Assembly: GCA_039805545.1 (NCBI GenBank)
Contig: JBDLUA010000024.1
Coordinates: 1 to 56,803, forward strand
DNA from: Candidatus Parcubacteria bacterium
GTDB lineage: Bacteria; Patescibacteriota; Minisyncoccia; Phycocordibacterales; JAACPR01
Length of the DNA: 56,803 nucleotides
Reading direction: 5' to 3'
The position numbers and the translations under genes are program-made. Below, in pieces: positions 8,390 to 16,011 of this stretch; the first letter of the stretch is position 1; each line of letters starts with the position of its first letter. The notes beneath the pieces are model-generated. The model was not told the DNA's origin. It ran no database searches and was given only the letters and a program-made list of their open reading frames with translations.

Positions 8390-8800
8390 GAAAAACCGCG
8401 CCCATGAAATTCCCAGAGGGAGAGTCGTGTGGGGCGCGGTTGTTGATTTGTGAGAACAGCCTGTGGCCAGGTTGCTGAAAATTTGAGTATCTGAGCAACC
8501 TGTAAACAGAAGTGTCCTTTGAGTGAAGTGCTGTCGGTGGTCGGGGTTTCTTTCTATTTTTGGCTTTTGTAAGTCTCCTTTTGCCTTGTTGGCGGCAGGT
8601 TCGTTACTTGGCGGTGGCGGCGTTCCGAATGGTGGCGGCGGCGAGGATGAGGGCGGCGTTGAGTTGGTGTCGGTGTTTCATGGTCGTGTCGATGCGGTGT
8701 TTGTGTCTGGATCTGCACCCGTGGAGCCATCAGTGGCGATGGGAGCAGATATATTGGAACAAACTTTGATCCGATATATCTGCTCTCATCAATACAAAGA
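8390..8800 (-). ncRNA. candidate GC-rich transcript D (unassigned); contains a 25-codon ORF
   Basis: Stem 8395-8403/8432-8440 with a U-run on the minus strand. 9-bp hairpin 8468-8476/8494-8502. 12-bp hairpin 8743-8754/8774-8785. Minus-strand mini-ORF 8604-8681 (MKHRHQLNAALILAAATIRNAATAK) has no SD. Confidence 0.3.
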
Positions 8801-8875
8801 ACTACTTTTAAATATTAGTACTCTTATATATTTTGTCAAACTTTATCCACAGTTTAAATCTGTTATACTAGGTTC

Positions 8876-9907
8876 ATGTCAGAGCACAAAACTCTTTATA
8901 CAAAATACCGACCACAAACTTTTAAGGATGTATTAGGACAAGATCATGTAACTTCTGTATTGAAAGAATCAATTTCACTTGGAAATACTGCGCACGCATA
9001 TTTATTTTTTGGTGGAAGAGGAACAGGGAAGACTTCTGTTGCTCGAATTCTTGCACGAGAGATTGGAACGAGTCCTGATGATTTATACGAAATCGATGCA
9101 GCATCAAATACAAGTGTAGATGATATTCGATCACTTAATGATGCGGTGCATGTATTACCTTTTCATTCAAAATACAAAGTGTATATTCTTGATGAAGTAC
9201 ACATGCTTTCAAAGTCGGCATTTAATGCATTACTCAAGACACTTGAAGAACCACCTGCTCATGTAATATTTATTCTGGCAACAACAGAGATGCACAAGGT
9301 TCCAGAGACGATAATTTCTCGATGTGAAGTCTATACTTTCAAAAAACCAACTCAATCACTTCTTACACAGATGGTTGCAAAGACTGCAAAGGCAGAGGGA
9401 GTAACACTTGAACCTTCGGCAGCAGGACTTATTGCACTTCTTGGAGATGGATCATTTCGAGATACACATGGAACTTTGCAAAAAGTAATTCATGCATCAA
9501 AGGACACAAAGATAACAGTTGAGGAAGTAGAGCGAGTGACAGGTGCACCTAAGGCAGAGCTTGTAAATCAAGTTATCGAATCTATTTCAAAAAAAGATAT
9601 TGAACAAGGTCTTTCTGCCATAACAATTGCGGTTGAACAAAACATTGATATGAGTGTGTTTGTTTCAATGATTCTTGCAAAAGTAAGAGCAATACTCCTT
9701 GTTCGATATTCGCCAGGTTTTGCAAAAACAATTGCAGAAACGGTAACTGAGGCAGATTTTTCTTTTATTCAAACTCTTGCACAATCCAAGGAATCTTATA
9801 TTTCATCACAAACTCTCAAAGTGTTACTCGATGCATATACTATGATAGGAAAATCGTATGCGCCGCATGTTCCTCTTGAGATTGCATTATTTGATTTAGT
9901 AGGATAA
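8876..9907 (+). CDS. dnaX: DNA polymerase III subunit gamma/tau (short form)
   Basis: 343 aa with GGRGTGKTS Walker A, ILDEVHML and the sensor/SRC region (ETIISRC). Confidence 0.9.
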   Translation: MSEHKTLYTKYRPQTFKDVLGQDHVTSVLKESISLGNTAHAYLFFGGRGTGKTSVARILAREIGTSPDDLYEIDAASNTSVDDIRSLNDAVHVLPFHSKYKVYILDEVHMLSKSAFNALLKTLEEPPAHVIFILATTEMHKVPETIISRCEVYTFKKPTQSLLTQMVAKTAKAEGVTLEPSAAGLIALLGDGSFRDTHGTLQKVIHASKDTKITVEEVERVTGAPKAELVNQVIESISKKDIEQGLSAITIAVEQNIDMSVFVSMILAKVRAILLVRYSPGFAKTIAETVTEADFSFIQTLAQSKESYISSQTLKVLLDAYTMIGKSYAPHVPLEIALFDLVG

Positions 9908-9919
9908 GTTAGTACCTTC

Positions 9920-11248
9920 GTGAAAAAATTTTTTATATCAGTAGTAGTAGGAATATTTGTTGGAGGAATTTTGGCTTGGGCTTTTTTGTTTGCAGTTCCT
10001 AAACTTCCGGATATTTTTGCAAATTTATTTTATTACCCACAAAGTAAAGCTGTGACAGTAATTCAAGATGTACAAAAAATTTTTAAACCAGATGCATCAC
10101 AATATTTTATTCAAAGTGTAGATGATAGTGTTGGAACTTCGACTAAGGTTGTGTATGCAGATCTTGGCGCAATGACTATTTCTTTATATGAAAATGGGCA
10201 AGTAGTACAAGAACTTCCGATTCAATCGGTAGGACGAGAGGGTACTGCATGGCAAACTCCACTTGGAACATTTGACATGAACTACAAAGAACAAAATCAT
10301 TTCTCTTCTCTTGGACATGTATGGATGCCATACTCGATGCAGTTTTTTGGAAATTATTTTATTCATGGATGGCCTTATTATAGCGACGGAACACCAGTAC
10401 CCAAGGGGTATTCTGGTGGATGTATTAGACTCAACACCCCAGATTCTGAAATTGTGTATAATTTTGTAGATAAAGATACTCGTCTAATTGTAACTACAAA
10501 CAAAAAGCCAGAAATACAAAAAGATTTTCAATATGTACTACAAGAACCTACACCAGATATTAGTAGTGCGTATCTTGTTGCTGATATTAATACTGGAGAA
10601 GTTATTTCTTCAAACAAAGCGAACATTGCACAACCAACTCGTTCGTTTGCAAAACTTATGACAGGACTTATTTCACTTGAAACATTGAATCAATATCAAG
10701 AGACTGTGCTTAATCAAGATATTGTAAAAGTATCAGATGTACTCTATGCACTCTTGCTTGCAGACAATGATGAAGCAGGAAGACTTCTCTATGAACACAA
10801 AAACAAAGCACAATATCTCAAGGATATGAATACTCGGGCTGATTCTCTTGCAATGAATCAAACACAATATGAAGATACAAATGGCTTGAATGATTCGACT
10901 GTATCATCACTTGAAGACATATTTAAACTTCTGCAATATATAAATTCCTATAAACCCTTTATGTTCAAAGTTCTCTCACTTGATTCATACAGCTTTGGTT
11001 CACTTACACAGACTTCACTTAATCCACTTCAAAAACAAGAGGGATATGTTGCAGGTTTTGCAGACAATAAAAAAACAGAAATGATTACGATCATGGCTAT
11101 TGATGTAAAAGGGGAGAGTACTCTTACACCCATTCAAAAAAAGTTCGCAATACTTGTTCAGTCAGATTCAGATGGTAATACTGAAGAAGAAACAAAAAAA
11201 ATATATGAGTGGATTATAAACTCAGTTCTCATTCGAGAGAATAAATAA
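9920..11248 (+). CDS. L,D-transpeptidase (YkuD) fused to a degenerate S11 DD-carboxypeptidase-like domain
   Basis: GTG start and TM anchor. YkuD motif HGWPYYSDGTPVPKGYSGGCIRL. The C-terminal domain keeps SxxK (SFAKLM), but SxN is replaced by DND. Confidence 0.8.
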   Translation: MKKFFISVVVGIFVGGILAWAFLFAVPKLPDIFANLFYYPQSKAVTVIQDVQKIFKPDASQYFIQSVDDSVGTSTKVVYADLGAMTISLYENGQVVQELPIQSVGREGTAWQTPLGTFDMNYKEQNHFSSLGHVWMPYSMQFFGNYFIHGWPYYSDGTPVPKGYSGGCIRLNTPDSEIVYNFVDKDTRLIVTTNKKPEIQKDFQYVLQEPTPDISSAYLVADINTGEVISSNKANIAQPTRSFAKLMTGLISLETLNQYQETVLNQDIVKVSDVLYALLLADNDEAGRLLYEHKNKAQYLKDMNTRADSLAMNQTQYEDTNGLNDSTVSSLEDIFKLLQYINSYKPFMFKVLSLDSYSFGSLTQTSLNPLQKQEGYVAGFADNKKTEMITIMAIDVKGESTLTPIQKKFAILVQSDSDGNTEEETKKIYEWIINSVLIRENK

Positions 11249-11256
11249 AAAAACAA

Positions 11257-11285
11257 ATCCCCGCACGCGTGTCGCGAGCGGGGAT
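11257..11285. terminator. bidirectional GC hairpin terminator
   Basis: atccccgc...gcggggat stem. A-run on the + side gives a long U-run for the minus-strand transcript. Confidence 0.6.
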
Positions 11286-11296
11286 TGTGGATGATT

Positions 11297-11677
11297 TCAG
11301 ACGACCCTTTTCCAGCCGTTTTCCAGAAGACGGTGTTCTCTATTTGGGTCGATTTTTTTGAGTGAAGCTTGAAGACGGAGAGTGAGAGTATCACCTTCTG
11401 AACTCAAAATCGCTTTCAAATTTCTCGTCCCAGGTTCGAGTTTGACCGAGAGGAATCCTTCTGGATTTCTCCAAGTAAAGACTTGGTTTCTGATGATTTG
11501 TACCAAAAGACGCTCTTGCGTTATTGGGATTCCTCCAGAAAGACGATGTCTTGACCTGAGGGGGTGGATTTCTCTTTCGAGAAGAGGTTGTCCGTTGAGC
11601 AGTATTACTGCAGCGATAATCATTGGTGTGTGGGGTGTGTGGTTTGGACTGGTTGTATCCGATATTGATAATAACAC
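11297..11677 (-). pseudogene. GC-rich fragment homologous to the C-terminal part of the PurO-like (IMP cyclohydrolase-like) protein at 31238-32011
   Basis: KAILSSEGDTLTLRLQASLKKIDPNREHRLLENGW aligns with VAILKQGNDYLVAVSFKKIDLKNGRSETRLWNRHG. Both share the DNA string ggtcgatttttttga. The conserved PurO N-terminal half is missing, and the start is GTG or an internal ATG. Confidence 0.35.
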
Positions 11678-11721
11678 ATTTTTTAATTTTGTCGATGTAT
11701 TATATTTGATAAAAATCCGAA

Positions 11722-11750
11722 AGGGTGGGTCGACGCAGTCGACCCACCCT
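11722..11750. terminator. 13-bp perfect GC hairpin with flanking A/T runs
   Basis: agggtgggtcgac-gca-gtcgacccaccct, followed by agattttta. Confidence 0.5.
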
Positions 11751-11825
11751 AGATTTTTATATATTGAAAATTCTTAAAAATCTGATATAAATAGAGGACT
11801 TACTTTTCTTGTGAAGAGTAAATAT

Positions 11826-11945
11826 TGCCCAATCGTCTAATGGTATGCAAAGCATGGCATCTGCGCTCGCTCGGCAATAGATATGCAGAAGCATATCTAT
11901 TGCACTCGCTCGCTTGATGCCAGGACTACGGTTTTGGTACCATGT
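11826..11945 (+). pseudogene. decayed duplicate of the tRNA-Gln 5' half with a 77-nt structured insertion in the D-loop
   Basis: 11820-11845 is identical to 11967-11992. Insert at 11846-11922. 11923-11941 matches the D-stem/anticodon arm with a 1-nt loop deletion and a stem mismatch. No T-arm or 3' acceptor strand. Confidence 0.7.
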
Positions 11946-11972
11946 GAACACTGGTAATTAAGTGAAAAATAT

Positions 11973-12043
11973 TGCCCAATCGTCTAATGGTAGGACTACG
12001 GTTTTTGGTACCGTCTATCGAGGTTCGAATCCTTGTTGGGCAG
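11973..12043 (+). tRNA. tRNA-Gln (anticodon UUG)
   Basis: Manual cloverleaf: acceptor tgcccaa/ttgggca, D-stem gtct/ggac, anticodon stem acggt/accgt with loop ttTTGgt, T-arm cgagg-ttcgaat-ccttg, discriminator G. CCA is not encoded. Confidence 0.9.
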
Positions 12044-12141
12044 CAGTCTAGTACAAAGTATCGGATGACCGAGGTGGATCATTGAAGAATAAGGATATTT
12101 TGGAAACTTTTTAAAAATAGTGAAAACAGTCCTAGACGGGT
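12041..12141 (+). repeat. direct repeat copy 1 (att-like), starting in the last 3 nt of tRNA-Gln
   Basis: 101 nt with 3 substitutions versus 14174-14274. Weaker similarity continues to about 12175. Confidence 0.8.
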
Positions 12142-12260
12142 CATATTTCATTTTCTATATTTTAAGCCATGGATTTGGTTCGAGACCTAGACACTTTTTT
12201 TGTCTGCCAAATTCGAGATTTTCTGTTTAAGATTATCGAGATATTTGTTACAATCTCTAT

Positions 12261-14033
12261 ATGGAAGAATTTAAAGAAAGTAATTTGAGAAATACTGAAC
12301 TATTGGAAAAAAGATTTAATTCATATATGAAAGATCTTCCGTTAACTCCAGAAGATCTACGTAACCCACTCTTGGATGTTGGAACTGGCAAAGGAGACTT
12401 TATAAAATATCTTCGTGAGGTGCTTGGAAATAAGTCTGCAATAGGGGTAGAACGTAGTGCTTCTAAAATAGATGAAAACTATGAGGGTCTAATTGTCGCA
12501 GATGGTATGGATCTCCCTTTTGATGATGAAAGTTTTGATACTGTTACTTCTCATAATTATTTACCAATGTTTGTCTCTGATCCTATAAAGATGCAAACTG
12601 CAATCGAAGAACAATTACGAGTAGTTAAAGAGGGTGGAAAGATAATGGGGGATATTCATACGCCCGAATCTGTAACTGCATGTGATGCTGAGTTGCGTCA
12701 AAATTTAGGATCTGATTACACTAAAAGAGACGAAGAAATTTCAAAAGAACAATATGAGGGAGCTGAAAAGTTGCAACAGTACTTAAAGAGTTTGAATCCT
12801 GAAGAGTATAAGGTTGAATTTGTGGGGTCTTCAGATAAAACTGTCGTGGTAATTACAAAACTGAAATATTTAAATATAAGCTATACGAAAGTTTTTTCTA
12901 AAGAAGAGATGGATAGAATAAAACAGGAAAACATGTCAGATAGTTTGGACATAATGGATGTGCAGAGTCTTGAAAAACAAATGGAAGAAAATCCAGAAGA
13001 TAGTACTGCTATTTTAAATAAAAGTATCGACAAATTTTTGGAGATTTTTGAAAATTTATACAAAGTAGACAGATACAAGTTAGCGGTTTTTATTACATTA
13101 ATACGTGAGAATAATTGGCTGTCAAATGCAATAGAATTAAAAGGAGAGAATACTTCACTAAGTGACTATTATGAAGGTTTGGTTCTGGTGTTAAAAAATA
13201 AAACAATAAATAAAGAGCAATGGCTTGCTTTTTTGAGGGGATATAAAAAATATTTAGAAAAACAAAATGAATGGTTGATTGAAAATCGAGAAGATCTTGT
13301 TACTAATTTTATTTCCCAATTTGATGAAAGAATAAACCCACTATTGACAAAGCCTGTTTCAATCGAAGAAATAGAAGAGATCTTAAGAAATAATGAAATA
13401 CGTCTATCGGACATCTTAAATTTTGAGCACGACGGTCTACACAATTTCTCGGGCATCATATATATCGGATTGGCTAATCTTGTTACACTCGATCATACTG
13501 AAGAGGAAGCAGAGTTAATTTTGAACCAAATTTTTAATCATGAGACTCTTCATGCGATTACTGGTGGGCAGGCAGTACAGAGAAATAGATTTGATGGAGA
13601 AGAGGAAGATGAGTATGGGGTTCGCACAGTATATTGGTCTGCAGAGGGAGATGAAGAATGGTCGGGTCTTCAGGTACACCAATTCAAGGGAAAAAAATTT
13701 ATATGGCTTAATGAGGCTATTACAGAAAGTTTGGCTACAGTTTCAACAGGAGGAGAACCGATAGCATATCCAGAAGAAATAAAATTATTTAATCTCATTT
13801 GTGAAAAAGGAAAGATTAACCCTCAAATATTTTATGATGCATATTTTGAAAAAAAAGGACGATTGAGAAATAAAAATTCGGATAGAAATTTTTGGAATGA
13901 ATTGATTAAAAAGCTTAATGAAGCATTTCCTATGAGAAATAAAAAGTTTTTGGTCTGCTTGGATGATATTATAAGAGAAGATGGGATAGAAAGAGGGTTA
14001 GAATTTGTTTTGAATGAAGAATGGAAAAAATAA
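12261..14033 (+). CDS. class I SAM-methyltransferase domain fused to an HExxH (zincin-like) C-terminal region
   Basis: LLDVGTGKGDF and DGMDLPFDDESFD MTase motifs at the N-terminus. HETLH plus a downstream NEAITE in the C-terminal third. Confidence 0.55.
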   Translation: MEEFKESNLRNTELLEKRFNSYMKDLPLTPEDLRNPLLDVGTGKGDFIKYLREVLGNKSAIGVERSASKIDENYEGLIVADGMDLPFDDESFDTVTSHNYLPMFVSDPIKMQTAIEEQLRVVKEGGKIMGDIHTPESVTACDAELRQNLGSDYTKRDEEISKEQYEGAEKLQQYLKSLNPEEYKVEFVGSSDKTVVVITKLKYLNISYTKVFSKEEMDRIKQENMSDSLDIMDVQSLEKQMEENPEDSTAILNKSIDKFLEIFENLYKVDRYKLAVFITLIRENNWLSNAIELKGENTSLSDYYEGLVLVLKNKTINKEQWLAFLRGYKKYLEKQNEWLIENREDLVTNFISQFDERINPLLTKPVSIEEIEEILRNNEIRLSDILNFEHDGLHNFSGIIYIGLANLVTLDHTEEEAELILNQIFNHETLHAITGGQAVQRNRFDGEEEDEYGVRTVYWSAEGDEEWSGLQVHQFKGKKFIWLNEAITESLATVSTGGEPIAYPEEIKLFNLICEKGKINPQIFYDAYFEKKGRLRNKNSDRNFWNELIKKLNEAFPMRNKKFLVCLDDIIREDGIERGLEFVLNEEWKK

Positions 14034-14173
14034 GACAAGGCATTACCTGTTGGGTATACTGAGTTATGTCTTGATTCTAATATAAAACCCATCCAAGACT
14101 CGAACTAAAAAATCAAAAATAAAAACTTATAATCTAAGCCATAAAAACTACGTTTGTGAGAGTCTCAAATTAA

Positions 14174-14274
14174 CAGCAGTCTAGTACAAAGTATCGGATG
14201 ACCGAGGTGGGTCATTGAAGAATAAGGATATTTTGAAAACTTTTTAAAAATAGTGAAAACCGTCCTAGACGGGT
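14174..14274 (+). repeat. direct repeat copy 2 (att-like)
   Basis: cagcagtctagtacaaagtatcggatgaccgaggtgg..., about 97 percent identical to copy 1 by manual alignment. Confidence 0.8.
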
Positions 14275-14361
14275 TAATTCTCAATTTCTATATCTAATAA
14301 AAAGCATGGACGAATGCATCTGTTATTGCAAAACATTACAATGTCTTTATAATTTAATCTT

Positions 14362-15968
14362 ATGAAGATCAAAACTATTGAGATTAAAAATTTTAAAGCC
14401 TTTGGTTCTAATAAGGTTACAATTGATTTGAGTGATAATATTGTTACGCTTATCGGAAGTAATAATTGTGGTAAAACCTCAGTTTTAGAGGCTTTGAATT
14501 ACTTTTTCTCAGGTGTAAAAACAATTCCTCAGGAATTTTTTCATAATAATCTTTTTGATCAAAATAATGCTATTGAGATATCAATTGTTTTTAACACCTT
14601 AACTACTGACGATAAAGCTCATCAGGCAGTTTTGCCCTATATTTCAAATGAAGGTCAATCAGAAGAGGAGTGGGTTCTTAAAAAACAATATTATTATGAG
14701 TCGGGTAAAGGTAAAGCTATTTATACGGCTATAAAAGATGGATCTGAGAATATTAATCCTTCAGGTTTAACTCCTAATGTAGATGATATTTTTACAGATG
14801 AGAAGATGCAGAAAATTTATTTAACTGCAGTGAAAGATGTTGCAGATGTAATTGATCCGAAGAAAAAAAGTCCTCTAACTCAAGTTTTTCAAATGCTTCT
14901 CTCTGCAGAATTAGAGGGCACAGATCAACATCGTGATTTAATGTTAGCTTTACAAAATTATGCAGCTATGTTCGATCCTTTATCTAAACATGCAAAAGTA
15001 AAAGAGATTGAAGATCTTATTTCAGAAAAAATAAGGAGAATAATTCCTGTTTCTGGTGTCATTGATGCGCAAATGCTCGATGATACAAGTATTTTACCTA
15101 CTCCAATTTTGCAAATTATTGATACTGCAAGTGTTGTAACAAAACCCGAGTTTCAGGGTCACGGAGTCCAAAGATCTATAATTTTTGCATTGCTTGAATT
15201 GTATGCTGAGACAATAAGTTCTCCAACAAAAACACTCGGTGTTACTAATATTCTTTTAATTGAGGAACCTGAAATGTATATGCATCCACATATGCAAGAT
15301 CGTGTTGCAGATGTCTTATATTCTCTTGCTAATTCGGGAGCTGTTCAAGTTGTTTGTACTACTCACTCACCAAAATTTATTAGAATGTTTGAGAAACAAA
15401 AATCTTTAGTACGATTAGTTAAAAAAGGCGATGAAAGTTCAGCTCAACAAATTACATCTGAATTATTTCCTGTTGGTTCAGAGGATCAAAAACGACTTAG
15501 AGCAGTAATGAACTTTGATTTAGGTGCGAGAGAATGTTTTTTTGCGGACAGGGTGGTTTTAGTTGAGGGAGAAACCGAAGCTATTTCAATACCTTTTGCG
15601 GCTGAACTCATGGGAGTTTTTGTGGGTCCTGGAAGATATGAAAAAAACGAGGTACAACTATTATTAATTGCAAAAGTCGGAATAGTATTCCTGCATTTCA
15701 AACTGTATTAAATCATTTTGATATTCCATATGTAGTAGTACATGATCTTGAGGGAGAAGGGAAAGCGGTGGGCAAAAATGAAGAAATACTTATTTTGTTA
15801 GGTAACGATGAAACCAGAAGATTAACCTGTGTAAATAAGTTTGAGAGTGATGTACTAAATATAGTTGGAAAATGGTATGCATCATATCAAGAAATTGAAA
15901 GATTATATTCTGTAGCCGGGCTATCAATTGTTATGCAGAAGTACGTAGATTTTGTTTATGATCTTTAA
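14362..15968 (+). pseudogene. OLD-family ATP-dependent nuclease (ABC-type ATPase + TOPRIM) interrupted by a frameshift at an A7 tract
   Basis: Walker A GSNNCGKTS, Walker B LLIEEPEMYMHP, TOPRIM VLVEGETE. Frame 1 stops at 15711. The continuation ...RGTTIINCKSRNSIPAFQTVLNHFDIPYVVVHDLEGE... reads in the other frame from the A-run at 15641-15647 and joins ORF 15768-15968. Confidence 0.75.
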
Positions 15969-16011
15969 GTGTTTGTTTCTTTGAGACTATGAAGTAATTA
16001 AACTTTTATAT

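Noticed and set aside
8340-8875. SRP RNA (ffs) directly upstream of dnaX, as in Bacillus
   Set aside because: I found no GGAAGCAGC-type domain IV motif or GNRA-capped helix 8 on either strand. The only CUGUUUAC-like string is on the minus strand, and the hairpin next to it does not fit.
7391-8936. Track ORFs 7391-7816(-), 7533-7781, 7738-7953, 7778-8014, 8262-8498(-), 8523-8936 and 8560-8769 as protein genes
   Set aside because: They overlap one another on both strands and have P/R/G/C-rich compositions unlike every other protein here. They lack SD or start context. They coincide with long perfect RNA helices, promoters and terminators, so they are better explained as non-coding structured RNA.
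11382-11777. 131-aa plus-strand ORF antisense to the PurO-like fragment
   Set aside because: It overlaps the minus-strand frame, which shows real similarity to the 31238-32011 protein. Its composition is odd and it runs through the 13-bp GC hairpin.
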